A DNA stretch of 28,352 nt from Gammaproteobacteria bacterium. Its GTDB lineage: Bacteria > Pseudomonadota > Gammaproteobacteria > Natronospirales > REEB76. The position numbers and the translations under genes are program-made. Where the stretch lies: NCBI GenBank assembly GCA_035946515.1, contig DASYZF010000329.1, positions 1 to 28,352 of the forward strand, read 5' to 3'. The stretch's first letter is position 1; each line of letters opens with the position of its first letter. Shown in pieces: positions 6,132 to 16,300 of the stretch. The notes under the pieces are model-generated. The model did no database searches and was not told the DNA's origin. It worked only from the letters and a program-made list of their open reading frames with translations.

Positions 6132-7622
6132 CTAGCCTAACTTGAGGGTGAAGCCCAGGTCCTTGAGGTTGCGGCTCTCCTCGTCCAGATCCGCCTTGAG
6201 GAGCGGTCGCCCCTTCAGCCAGCCGCGCCGGAAATCCAGCTTCAGGGTGTTGCCCCGGGCGCGGAACGCGAAACTCGGCTCCTCGGTCTCGTGGCCGCGG
6301 TGCAGGGTGTAGGCGAGGCGCAGCAACGCGGCCATACGCCGGGCTCTCAGACCCGCGTTCCTCTCGAAACCCGCGAACAAGACCTGATCCACCCGACCCC
6401 GGTGGCTGCGCACCAGGGCGGAGAGCAGGCGCTGCTCTTCCCGGGCGAAACCAGCCATGTCGGCGTTGGCGAGCACATAGGCCCCATGCTTGTGGTAGCC
6501 GCTGCGGGCCACCGCCCGACCGCACTCATGCAGCCGCACCGACCAGCCGAGCATGCGCCGACCCTCGTCGCCCAGGTCCCAGTGGCTGGCGCCCCGCAGC
6601 AGCTTGCGCAGGGTGGCGGTCATGCGGTCCGCCTGCTCCTGGTCGACACCGTACCGCCGCGCCAGGGCTGTCACTGTGTCGCTGCGCACGTCGCTGTCTT
6701 TCATACGGCCCACAAGGTCGAGCAGCACGCCCTCCCGCAGCGCCCCGGGCGCTACTTCCATGCGCTTGAGCTCGAGTGCCTCGAACACTGCCTGCAACAC
6801 CGCCACGCCCCCGGCGAACACCGGCGCCCGCTCGGCCTTGAGACCGGGTAGATCGAAGCGCCGTGCATGGCGGATCTGCACCAGGCGCTCCGCGAGCCTG
6901 AGTAGCGCATCGCGGCTGATGTGGCCTCGGCTCCAGCCCAGCTCGTCCAGCACGTTGCCCACGGCGCGGATGGTGCCGGAGGAACCGAGTGCCCGGCTCC
7001 AGCCGGCGCGACGCAGCGAAGCCTCCACGGGCTCGAGCCGCCGGCGTGCCGAGAGCAGCGCCGCCTGATAGTTCTTGTGGGTCACGCCGCCCTGGTGGAA
7101 GAACTGGTCCGTGACCGCCACGGAGCCGATGGCGAGGCTCTCCATGAGCGTGGGATCGTTGCCCTGGCCCACGATGAGCTCGGTGCTGCCGCCGCCGATG
7201 TCGACGACCAGCCGTCGTTCACGGGAGGGGGGTATATAGGCACAGACGCCGCGGTAGATGAGGCGCGCCTCCTCGATGCCGCTGATCACCTCGATGGGGC
7301 TGCCGAGCATGCGCCCGCCCTCGGCCAGGAACTCCCGGGTGTCGCGGGCACGGCGCAGGGTGTTGGTGCCCACCGCCCGCACGTATTCGGGGTTGTAGCC
7401 GGAGAGCCGGTCGCCGAAGCGCTTCAGGCAGGCGAGCGCCTTGCCCTCCGCCTTCTGGGTGATGCGGCTGCGGGCATCGAGCCCGGAGCCGAAGCGCAGC
7501 ATCTCCCGCATGCTGTCCAGCACCAGGATACGGCGCCCGCTGACCCGGGCGACGATGAGATGGAAACTATTCGAACCGAGATCGACAGCGGCCAGGACGT
7601 GGGAGGCGGTTTTCTTCTTCAT
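6132..7622 (-). CDS. ppx: Exopolyphosphatase Ppx/GppA family
   Basis: AAVDLGSNSFHL, VGTNTLRRA, ISGIEEARL, VVDIGGGSTE, ALREG, C-terminal HD-like region (LHECG...YHKHGAY). Start set at ATG 7622 rather than TTG 7631. Confidence 0.94.
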   Translation of the reverse strand: MKKKTASHVLAAVDLGSNSFHLIVARVSGRRILVLDSMREMLRFGSGLDARSRITQKAEGKALACLKRFGDRLSGYNPEYVRAVGTNTLRRARDTREFLAEGGRMLGSPIEVISGIEEARLIYRGVCAYIPPSRERRLVVDIGGGSTELIVGQGNDPTLMESLAIGSVAVTDQFFHQGGVTHKNYQAALLSARRRLEPVEASLRRAGWSRALGSSGTIRAVGNVLDELGWSRGHISRDALLRLAERLVQIRHARRFDLPGLKAERAPVFAGGVAVLQAVFEALELKRMEVAPGALREGVLLDLVGRMKDSDVRSDTVTALARRYGVDQEQADRMTATLRKLLRGASHWDLGDEGRRMLGWSVRLHECGRAVARSGYHKHGAYVLANADMAGFAREEQRLLSALVRSHRGRVDQVLFAGFERNAGLRARRMAALLRLAYTLHRGHETEEPSFAFRARGNTLKLDFRRGWLKGRPLLKADLDEESRNLKDLGFTLKLG

Positions 7623-7664
7623 ATGGCGCAACTCTACGCCATCCCAAGCTCGGGCGGGATGGCC

Positions 7665-8366
7665 TCAGTTGGCCGGCGCAGTATGACCCACGTGACGGAC
7701 GTCCATGCCTTCCACGAAGTACAGCACCTGCTCACCCACATTCTTGGCATGGTCGCCGATGCGTTCCAGGGCCCGGGCCAGCCACAGGAGGTAGAGCATA
7801 CGGCGGATGTCGCGCGGGTCCTTGGTCATGGCCATCATATAGCGGCTGTTGATGTCGTCGTATTCCTTGTCCACCGACTGGTCACGGCGCAGCACGTCTC
7901 GCGCCAGACGCACGTTGTAGGTCTCGAAGCCGGTGATGGCGTCGCGCACCATGTCCTTCACGTCGGAGCCCAGCTGCCCCAGCTCTTCGTAGTTGTCCCG
8001 GGGCCGGGGCATCTCCGCTAGGTGCACCGCCATGCGGGCCACCTTCTCCGCCTCGTCGCCGATACGCTCCAGGTCCGAGGTGATCTTGATGACCGCGAGC
8101 ACGTAGCGCAGGTCCACGGCCGTGGGCTGGCGCCGCACGATCACCTGGCTGCACTCGTTGTCGATGGTGACCTCCAGGTGGTTGACCCGGGAATCGTCCA
8201 CCTCCACGCGGCGCGCCAGGCGCGAATCGCCCGTCACCAAGGCCTGGATGGCCAGGTCGATCTGTTCCTCGACCATCCGCCCCATCTCCAGCGTGAGGGT
8301 GCGGATGCGGGTCAGGTCCTCGTTAAAGGCGTGCGATATATGGGAACCAAGATCTTGTTGTTCCAT
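7665..8366 (-). CDS. phoU: Phosphate signalling complex protein PhoU
   Basis: Two PhoU repeats (RRQPTAVDLRYV...DLERIGDEA; DQSVD...LERIGDHAKNVGEQVLYFVEG); GGAGG RBS. Confidence 0.97.
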   Translation of the reverse strand: MEQQDLGSHISHAFNEDLTRIRTLTLEMGRMVEEQIDLAIQALVTGDSRLARRVEVDDSRVNHLEVTIDNECSQVIVRRQPTAVDLRYVLAVIKITSDLERIGDEAEKVARMAVHLAEMPRPRDNYEELGQLGSDVKDMVRDAITGFETYNVRLARDVLRRDQSVDKEYDDINSRYMMAMTKDPRDIRRMLYLLWLARALERIGDHAKNVGEQVLYFVEGMDVRHVGHTAPAN

Positions 8367-8409
8367 GCCAGCCCCCTCCGGTGTGAGGCTCGTTGATCGT
8401 CCTCTTCGC

Positions 8410-9219
8410 TCAGGCGGCGTGGGTCAGTCCCACGTCGTGCAAAACTTGGTCCTGATGCTTCGCTTCAAGCTCGTACAGTTCGAGCCGTCTCAGGGTGTAG
8501 CTCGCGGCGTTCCAGGCTTCATCCGCCAGCATCCGGCTGTCGCCCAGGATGGTGCTGAGTGGCGGCAGGAAGGTGACTTCCGCCAGCACCGGGTCCGAAC
8601 CCAGGAGCACCCAGAGGTGGTGCAGGAAAGTCTCCTCGCCCACGAACGCGACCCGCTGCAGGGTCTCCGCACCGGCGCCGTAGTAGATGGCCACGGGCTG
8701 GACGTGCACGCCCGCCTCGACCGCCGCCTGCAGGAGGCGCGGCCGGAAGCGGCCCGGGACCACCTGGGCGCGGCTCGTGCCTTCCGGGAACACCGTCAGG
8801 CGCTCGCCCCGCTTCAGGCGCCGCACCATGCGCTCCAGGAGCCGGGCGGCGCTGTCGTGGCTGCCCCGCTGCACGAACTCCGTGCCGCCCACCTCCGCGA
8901 GCCAGCCGATCAGGGGCCAGCGGCCCACCTCGGCCTTCGCCACGAAACCGGCGTCGCACTGGGTAGCGAACACCAGGATGTCGAGCCAGGAGATGTGGTT
9001 CGCCACCAGCAGGCAGGCTTCCTGGGCCGGGGCGCCGTGGCTCATCACCCGCACCCCCAGGACGGAGGCGCCGCGGCGCAACCACCAGGGGCCGAGCTTG
9101 CGCGCCAGGCTTGCCCGGGAAGGCAGCGGCAGGATGGCGCAGGCGATGACCACGCCGAGCAGCACGTGCAGAAGCAGCACGGCTGCGCGGTAGAGGCGTC
9201 TGGCTTCCTTCAGGATCAC
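8410..9219 (-). CDS. olsA: PlsC-family lysophospholipid acyltransferase, probable lyso-ornithine lipid O-acyltransferase OlsA
   Basis: NHISWLD and FPEGTS motifs, FVAKAEV; directly downstream of an olsB homologue. Start moved to GTG 9219, 8 nt after the olsB stop; the ORF-track extension overlaps olsB. Confidence 0.75.
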   Translation of the reverse strand: MILKEARRLYRAAVLLLHVLLGVVIACAILPLPSRASLARKLGPWWLRRGASVLGVRVMSHGAPAQEACLLVANHISWLDILVFATQCDAGFVAKAEVGRWPLIGWLAEVGGTEFVQRGSHDSAARLLERMVRRLKRGERLTVFPEGTSRAQVVPGRFRPRLLQAAVEAGVHVQPVAIYYGAGAETLQRVAFVGEETFLHHLWVLLGSDPVLAEVTFLPPLSTILGDSRMLADEAWNAASYTLRRLELYELEAKHQDQVLHDVGLTHAA

Positions 9220-9227
9220 GGCGGGTT

Positions 9228-10010
9228 TCAGGCGGCGTGCTTCAGGAAGCGCCTGGCATAACGCTGCCGCAGGTCCGCCGGGTCCAGCACCACCACGAGG
9301 TCGGCGGTGTTGAAGTCCGGGTCCCAGCAGGGTTCGCCGCAGATCTTGGCGCCGAGCCGCATGTAGGCGAGCAAGAGCGCCGGGATGCGGGCCGCCTCGG
9401 GCACGGGACCGTCGCGCAGGGGCAAGGGGAGCTTCGGGCGCACCCGGTACTGCTCGGGGGCCATGTAACGCTCCGCCAACACCGCGAAGGCCGCCATGGC
9501 ACCGGCGCCGTCGTTGGCGATCGGGATGCTGGCGCAGCCGATGATGCGGTTGAACTCGGTCACCTGGAAGAAGCGCGCGAGCCCCGCCCAGAGCATGGAC
9601 ACCACCATGCCGCCACGGTACTCGGGGTGCACGCACACCCGACCGATCTCCATGACGCGGCCCGGGGCGGTGATGAGCCCACCGAGCTCGAACTCGGTCT
9701 CGGAATAGAAGGACCCTGCGAGGCGCGCCTCGGTATCCAGCAGCACGCGCATGCAGGCCACCACCTCGCCGTTGCGGCGGTCGCGCACGATGAGATGCCG
9801 GCAGAAGGTGTCGAAGGGGTCCACGTCGAGGCCGGGTGTGCCGCTGTGCAGCTGGGCGCCCATCTCCTCGGCGAACACCCTGTAGCGCAGGCGCTGGGCC
9901 GCGCGGATCTCGTCCTCGTCGCGGGCCACGCCCACGAACAACTCGGGTTTGCCGAAGGCGGCGGCACCCTCTTGGGGAGCGTCGAACAGCAGTTCCGGAT
10001 TGGCAGACAT
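9228..10010 (-). CDS. olsB: GNAT-family N-acyltransferase, ornithine lipid synthase OlsB-like
   Basis: AQRLRYRVFAEE, EIGRVCVHPEYR, GCASIP, LLAYMRLGAKICGEPCWDPDF and RYARRF closely resemble Pseudomonas OlsB as I recall it; CAGGAG RBS 6 nt before ATG 10010. Confidence 0.82.
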   Translation of the reverse strand: MSANPELLFDAPQEGAAAFGKPELFVGVARDEDEIRAAQRLRYRVFAEEMGAQLHSGTPGLDVDPFDTFCRHLIVRDRRNGEVVACMRVLLDTEARLAGSFYSETEFELGGLITAPGRVMEIGRVCVHPEYRGGMVVSMLWAGLARFFQVTEFNRIIGCASIPIANDGAGAMAAFAVLAERYMAPEQYRVRPKLPLPLRDGPVPEAARIPALLLAYMRLGAKICGEPCWDPDFNTADLVVVLDPADLRQRYARRFLKHAA

Positions 10011-10047
10011 GGGCATCTCCTGGGTTGAGCCCTGTTTCACGCTGGGA

Positions 10048-10103
10048 AGGATGCCTCTCCCATGTAAAAGCCCCATGACTGATCCTTTACGGTTCCGTGA
10101 ACC
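10048..10103 (-). promoter_or_regulatory. Degenerate Pho-box promoter for olsB-olsA-phoU-ppx
   Basis: Minus strand GGTTCAC-N4-CCGTAAA-N4-CAGTCAT-N4-CTTTTAC (11-bp period), 10 nt, CATCCT (10053-10048). Confidence 0.5.
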
Positions 10104-10298
10104 CCCTCGCCAGGCCAAGGGCAGCGCGGTGAGACGGGCCTGTCAGGCCGGGATAGAGAGGGTCTGATGAGAGGAGACAGCGAAGCCCGGGGGAGAAGCT
10201 TGACGGCTGACACAGGGGGCAGAGGGACAGTCTTTACTCGAGGCGGGTCTCGTCCAGATAACACCAGGCCCCGCTGCGCTGCGCATCCGGCTCCGCTT

Positions 10299-10353
10299 GT
10301 GTGACTGGCCGCACATCCCTGTGCGCCCGCTGGAAGCTTCGCTTCCAGCCTTC
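10299..10353 (+). ncRNA. Possible third member of the AUCCCU-loop element family, or a terminator region
   Basis: GTGTG, then hairpin CGCAC-ATCCCT-GTGCG (10310-10325), then a 9-bp stem GCTGGAAGC/GCTTCCAGC (10329-10349) and a weak CTTC tail. Confidence 0.3.
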
Positions 10354-10376
10354 ACCGGCTCAATGTAAGGAGGGCG

Positions 10377-10670
10377 CTATTTAAGATAAGTGCCATCCAC
10401 GTAACACCAAGCCCAGTCTTCATCAGGTTCTATGGACTTGATGATGGGATGGCCGACCTTCTTGAAGTGACCGGTCGCATGCTTGTTCTTGGAGTTGTCA
10501 CAGCACCCTACGTGACCGCAGATCATGCAGATGCGCAGGTGCACCCAGGGATCGCCCAGAGCCACACATTCGGGGCAGACGCGCTTCTCGTAGCTCACGG
10601 GTTGGGCCTGAACCGCATGGCTGCAGGCGGCGGTATGGGCTTGAGCGGAGTCGAGCGCGACGCGGGTCAC
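10377..10670 (-). CDS. Stand-alone UBP-type zinc finger protein (97 aa)
   Basis: CSH...CPEC...WVHLRICMICGHVGCCDNSKNKHATGHF...HPII...WAWCYVD. GTG start at 10670 overlaps the upstream stop (GTGA). Confidence 0.85.
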   Translation of the reverse strand: MTRVALDSAQAHTAACSHAVQAQPVSYEKRVCPECVALGDPWVHLRICMICGHVGCCDNSKNKHATGHFKKVGHPIIKSIEPDEDWAWCYVDGTYLK

Positions 10671-11014
10671 GGCGTGAGGGCGTACACCAGGATCACGGCC
10701 CAGAGGAACTTGCAGGCCACGTGCAGGGCCTGGTCCAGGTGGATGTCGTACCACTCCTCGCACTTGCCGTAGTCGATGACGAAGTGGGCCACCGCCTCGG
10801 CGACGCCGAGCACGGTGCTGCCGGTGATGAAGCCCACGATGCCGCCGTGCACGATGGCGTGGGAACCGAGCCAATACCACCAGTTGACGCCGTGCAGGGC
10901 CGGGTCGTGGTGCCGGTTCTTGCCCTCGGCCATGGTGTCGCCCTGCAGCGGGAAATCGCCGAAGACGTGGCCGGCCACGAGCCAGATGAAGAGAGTGATG
11001 AGCCGCATGGACAT
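10667..11014 (-). CDS. DUF3307-family small membrane protein
   Basis: Pattern H..GDFPLQ...K, H...H, H..ID..K, DQ..H with hydrophobic segments. Confidence 0.8.
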   Translation of the reverse strand: MSMRLITLFIWLVAGHVFGDFPLQGDTMAEGKNRHHDPALHGVNWWYWLGSHAIVHGGIVGFITGSTVLGVAEAVAHFVIDYGKCEEWYDIHLDQALHVACKFLWAVILVYALTP

Positions 11015-11052
11015 GGGCTGAGCGCTCGATTTCTCGTTATTTCCCCGGCTTC

Positions 11053-11081
11053 ATTAGAAGCCTTCGGGTATGTCGAGTCAA
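11053..11081 (-). promoter_or_regulatory. sigma70 promoter for DUF3307 and the zinc-finger gene
   Basis: TTGACT (11081-11076), 17 nt, TCTAAT (11058-11053); 5/6 matches to both hexamers. Confidence 0.65.
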
Positions 11082-11103
11082 TGCTCCGCAACCCCCAACC
11101 CAC

Positions 11104-13326
11104 TCACTTCACGGTGAAACGGACGCTCGCCAGGCGTATCTCCCGGTCCTTCCCCTTGAGCAAAACGCGCACGCTGACGCGGTGGCTGCCGCGGGTCACC
11201 GGCCACAGGTATTGGCCCCCGTCGGTCACCGCCGCCTGCTTGCCGTCCACCCACCAGCTCACCTGCCGGTAGTCCGGACCCAGGCTGAGGCTCATGAGGA
11301 AGGCCTGGGAGGCCGCAGGGATACGCGGATCGTAAGCGAGCAATAGGCCCTCGGAAGGGGTTTCGAAATGCACCCGTGCGTCCTCGCGTCGGCCCGACGC
11401 CGTGATCGCGAGCTTCGCTGCCTTCGGCGCGGTACCAGGCATGAACCATTCGGTGCGGCGCATGCATTGGCCTTTGGGCATCACATCCTCATGGACACAG
11501 ATGTCCCGCTCCACCAGTCTCGGGCTGAGAAAGAGCGCCGCCGGATCGGAAAGCTGGTTGAGCTTGGCGAAGATGGCGCGCGACACCATGGCGGGGCCCA
11601 GGGAACCCGTGATGCCGTCCATGGGAGCGTAATCCAGGTTGCCCATCCACACGCCGACCGTGTAGCGCGAGTTGAACCCCATGATCCAGGCATCGTGGTA
11701 GTCGCTGCTGGTACCGGTCTTGATGGCGGTCTGTACCGGGAACTCCAGCAAACCTGCCTGGCCGAACTCGAGGCGGCGCGCACCGGGATCCGAGAGGATG
11801 TTGGCGATGAGCGAACTCGCCTCGGGGCTGTAGATCCGCTCCGCGTGCCGCGGGGCACCGGCATCCGCGAGGCTCGAGAGCGAGAGGAACTCGCCGCCCC
11901 GGGCCAGTGTGGAATAGGCCTGCACCAGGCCATAGAGGGTCACCTCGCCGTCGCCGAGCGCAAGCGCGTCGCCGTAGTAATCCGGATCCCGGTCGAGGGT
12001 GTCGATGCCGAGGCGCTGCAGCGTGTCGAGCAGCACCGGCGGGCCCACGAACTCCACGGTACGCACCGCCGGGATGTTGAGCGAGTTGCCGAGGGCGTCG
12101 CGCAGGGTGATGTGGCCGTAGTGCTCACCGCTGTAGTTGCGGAAGGTATGCAGGCCGTGCCCCACCGCCTCGACGATGCGCGAGTCGTCTATCAGCGTAG
12201 CCGGCGTCCAGCCCTTCTCGAGCGCCAGGGCGTAGAGGAAGGGCTTGAGGGTGGAACCCGGCTGGCGCGGCACCCGTACCGAGTCGATGGCCTCGCCCGA
12301 GTCCGCCGGCCCGCCGCGGCTGCCCACCGCCCAGGCGACGATGCTGCCGTCGCGGTTGTCCACCACGAGCGCCGCGCCGTTGTGGATACCGCCGGCAGCG
12401 AGCTGGCGCAGCCGCTGGTCGAGCAGGGACTGCACGGCGCGCTGCAACCCCAGGTCGAGGGTGGTGCGCACGTAGCCCCCCTCCACGGGCGGATGGGAGC
12501 GGATCACGTAGTCCGAGAATGCCTGGGCGTCCACCTCCGCCGCCGGATGCTCGAGCCGGTACGGCTCGTCCGAGAGCGCCGCATACTCGGAGGCGCTCAT
12601 GAAGCCGCCGGCGCGCATCTTGGCACCCAGCTCCTCCACCGGCCGCTCGGTGAGGCGCGGGTCGCGGTAGAGGTCGTAGGCCGAGGGGGCACGCACCAGC
12701 ACCGCCAGCGCCAGCATCTCCTTCTGGCTCAGGGTCTCGAGGTCGCGGTCGAAGTACCAGCGCGCCGCCTGCACCACGCCGCGATGGCCGGAGGCATAGG
12801 GCACCTGGTTGAGATAGAACTCGAGGATGTCGGCCTTGCTGAAGCGGCGCTCCAGGTCGCGTGCCTCGAAACCCTCCACCCAGCGCGACCAGTAGGTACG
12901 CGGGCGCGGATGCAGGATGCGCACCACCTGTTCGCTCACGGTACTGGCGCCGCGCACCACCTGCAGGCTCGTGAGGTTCTGCCACGCTGCGTGCAGCCGC
13001 GCCTGCCAGTCGGGTCCGCCGTGGACGTAGAAGCGCTGGTCTTCGGAGAGCAGGAAGGCCTGCTGCAGGAACTCCGGCACCGCCGCGAGCGGCACGGCGT
13101 CGTACACGTCCCAGCCCGCCACCAGCGGCCCGCCGAGCGGCATGCCGTTACGGTCCATGAGCCGCGGCGCCTCACCCGGCCCGGGATCCATGCGCAGGCT
13201 CGCCGGGAAGGGCTGCATGGACGACAGCGTCGCGAGCGCCAGCATCCCGGCCGCGGCGATAGCGACGCCGCCGGCGGCGAACCAGGCGCGGCGGCGACGG
13301 ATGAACGCTCTCGGGCGGTCGCGCAT
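11104..13326 (-). CDS. pbpC: Penicillin-binding protein 1C (transglycosylase + transpeptidase)
   Basis: SEDQRFY, RGASTVSEQV, LEFYLNQVPY (transglycosylase); PGSTLK (SxxK), SLN (SxN), KTG (transpeptidase); C-terminal PBP1C-type beta domain; directly downstream of alpha-2-macroglobulin. Confidence 0.94.
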   Translation of the reverse strand: MRDRPRAFIRRRRAWFAAGGVAIAAAGMLALATLSSMQPFPASLRMDPGPGEAPRLMDRNGMPLGGPLVAGWDVYDAVPLAAVPEFLQQAFLLSEDQRFYVHGGPDWQARLHAAWQNLTSLQVVRGASTVSEQVVRILHPRPRTYWSRWVEGFEARDLERRFSKADILEFYLNQVPYASGHRGVVQAARWYFDRDLETLSQKEMLALAVLVRAPSAYDLYRDPRLTERPVEELGAKMRAGGFMSASEYAALSDEPYRLEHPAAEVDAQAFSDYVIRSHPPVEGGYVRTTLDLGLQRAVQSLLDQRLRQLAAGGIHNGAALVVDNRDGSIVAWAVGSRGGPADSGEAIDSVRVPRQPGSTLKPFLYALALEKGWTPATLIDDSRIVEAVGHGLHTFRNYSGEHYGHITLRDALGNSLNIPAVRTVEFVGPPVLLDTLQRLGIDTLDRDPDYYGDALALGDGEVTLYGLVQAYSTLARGGEFLSLSSLADAGAPRHAERIYSPEASSLIANILSDPGARRLEFGQAGLLEFPVQTAIKTGTSSDYHDAWIMGFNSRYTVGVWMGNLDYAPMDGITGSLGPAMVSRAIFAKLNQLSDPAALFLSPRLVERDICVHEDVMPKGQCMRRTEWFMPGTAPKAAKLAITASGRREDARVHFETPSEGLLLAYDPRIPAASQAFLMSLSLGPDYRQVSWWVDGKQAAVTDGGQYLWPVTRGSHRVSVRVLLKGKDREIRLASVRFTVK

Positions 13327-13336
13327 GGAGCTGCGC

Positions 13337-16300
13337 TCAGCGTCCCCCCGGCGGTGCCGGATCGTTCACCTGCAGCACCGCGGAGGCATCGAGCCCGAAC
13401 ACGTCGGGATCGTACATCTCCTCGGCCTTGGGCGGCTGCACCGCGAAGACGCCGCTGGCGATGGCCTGGGCGCTGTAAGACAGGTGGTAGTGCCCGCCCG
13501 GCAGGTAGTCGGAGTAGAAGCGCGCCGAGTCGTGCCGCAGTTCCTGATGATAGAAGTCCCAGAACTGCACGCCGTAGTCCTCCCAGTCGTCGAAATTGAA
13601 CCAGAAGGCGCCGCCCGCCGCCTGGAACGCCCCGGCTTCCGCGTCGCGGGTGGAGCTCGTGGCCAGGTTGCGGTCCACGGGCTCGAGGCCGCCCGGCACC
13701 GGGTCGTCCACCACCACGAACTCCCGCGCCGCCGGCACCGAGACATAGAGGTCCACGCGCACCAGCTCGCCGCGGGTCACGACCATCGGCGACTTGAGCA
13801 GCAGCCACCTGCCGCCACGCTGCACGCTGTATTCGCGGTGGATCTCGATGCCGTCGTTGACGGAACCCGGCAGTTCCTTAGGCGCATAGGTCAGCTGCAC
13901 CCTGTAGTAGTAGCGGCCCGCGCCCGTGGGCGTGATATCCACCGTCACCGGAGCGGCGGCGGGGGCCAGCGCGTGGCTCAGGGTCACGGCCGGGTCACGT
14001 ACCGAGCGGAAGTCCGCGGCGCCGAGCTGGTCCGCGCCGGCCTGCACGGCGAGGTGCATCTGGGGAGCGGTCTGCTCGTAAGCCTGGGCGTAGTCCGCCA
14101 GGGCCTGCATGCAGAACAGGTTCTCCTGGGTGTTCTCCCAGTGGTCCTTGCCGCCGCGGATCTGGGTGATGCTGCGCACCAGCTTGAAGGGCACCTCGCC
14201 GATCACCCCCGCGTCCACCTGGCCGCTCCTCGCATAGCGCGAGAGCGCCGAGAGGATGGTGCAGTTGCTGCGCAGGGGCGTGGAGAGGATGCGGTTGTAG
14301 CCGTCGTCCAGCGATTCGCTGAACTCGAACTTGCCGCCGGTCTCGTTGGAATGGTTGAGGATGAGCTTCAGGTCCTCGGAGGCTAGGTCGCGGCCGCCGA
14401 GGTCGAGAGCCGCCTGCAGGAACCAGGACTGGCCGAACAGGCTCATCTCCTTGAGCGCGGGCTCGAAGCGGCGCAGGTCGTCCAGGCTCGCCTCGTGGTC
14501 GGCGGCGAGCGCCGCGAGCGCCACCGCCCGCACCGAGGAACGCATGCCGAGGGTGTAGTAGTCCGGCGCGCCCTCCCCCTTCAGGAAGTTCTGGAGATAG
14601 GCATGCAGGCGCTGTTCCACCGCCGCCGGCACCGCATAGCCCTGGGCCCGCAGCCAATTGAACGCCAGCGCGGTGTAGGCGCTGAGGTACGGGTCCACAT
14701 AGCGGTCGTCCGCCACCCAATACACCATGCCTCCGCTGGGCGCCTGGAACGCAGCCGCGTCCCCGAGCGTGGCCGCGGGGATGTCCCGGGAACCAGGCCA
14801 GGCGGCACTCTTGCCGAGGTAGACCTGCAGCCGCTCAAAGTTGGCGGCCATCACCGCCTTGGTCAGGCGCTGCTCCCAGCACTCGTAGGGATACTCGCTC
14901 ATGTAGGCGAAGGCGCCCTGCAGGTTGCCGATCACCGTGGGCGCGAGGTTCACGCCGAGCTGGACGCTGCCCGTGACCGCTCCCGACGGATACTGCACCG
15001 GCTCCCGCGCCGCCGCGGTGGCGGTGCCGTACTGGGCGAGGTTCAACATCGTGGTCATGGGCTTGACCGGCACCGACTGCTTGAGCCCGTCGCTGTCGGA
15101 CGCATCCCCCGCCGTGGCGGTGAAATCCATGGAGCCGGGACCGGTGGCGGCGACCGGCAGCCAGAGTTCGGCGCGCTTGTAGGGATCCACGTGCACCACC
15201 TGGTCCAGCACCGGGGCGCCCTCGACCTGGCCCTTCACGCCGATGTGGACCTTGAGATCGCGCGGCTTGTCGGTGCGGTTCATGACGCTGAACCCGGCGG
15301 TGAACTTGTCGCCCTCCACCACCTGGTTCGGCATGACGGGGCGCAGTTCCGTGGGCCGGTTCACCTTGAACGTGCCCTGGCCCAGGCCCATGCGGTCGCC
15401 CGGATCCACCGCCAGCACCAGCACGCGCCAGCCGGTGAGATTGTCCGGCACCGTGAAGCTGAACTTGGCATCGCCCTTGGCGTCGGCGCGCAGCGACGGG
15501 TTCCAGTAGCTCACGAACTTGAACAGCGAGCGCAGGCTCAAGGCCGCGCCGCCGTCGCCGCCCGGCGTGGCGCCCTTCTTCTCGAAGGCCTGGCGCCCCA
15601 CAAGGCGGGTGATGAGGTTGTAGTTCATGAGGTCGAGTCCGTCGAGCTTGTAGAAGCCCTTGTACGGGTCGAAGTAATCCTTGCCGTCGCTGATGAGGTC
15701 GAACACCGAGTCGTCCAGCACCGCGACCGCGAACTCAACCTTGCCCGCCTGGCCGTGGCGCGCCTTGGCGCTGACGCTCACGGTGACGCTGTCGCGGGGT
15801 TTGTAGCTGTCCTTGGGCGTGCTGACCTTCACGTCCAGCACCTTGTAGTCGTCCACCACCTGGACCTGCAGGTAGCCGGAGCGGAACGCGGGCTTGCCCA
15901 GGTCCACCTGGTCGGGGCCGAGGGGCTTCGCCACCCGCGGCGACATCACGGTCACCGACAGGTAGAAGCCCGGCAGGTAGTCCTGTTCCACCGGGAAACT
16001 GATCACCGGGGTGCTGCCCTCGAGGGTCTGCACCCAGCTCTTCAGCACGCCGTAGCGCTCTATGCTGATGAGCGCCTTGGCGCCCGGATAGGGGTTCTGC
16101 ACCATGTAGCGGGCGATGTCGCCCACGTGGTACCCGGGCTTCTCGGCCACGAGCGTAAGTGCGCCGTCGTCGTGGTCCTCCCACACCACCTCGCCCTTGC
16201 CTGCGGCCCAGGCGGGCAGCGAGGACTGGTGCACGCGGCCGTGGGTGTCGATGACACTGGCCTTGATGCGGTACTCGCCCGGCTGGCCGGGCGTGAAGCT

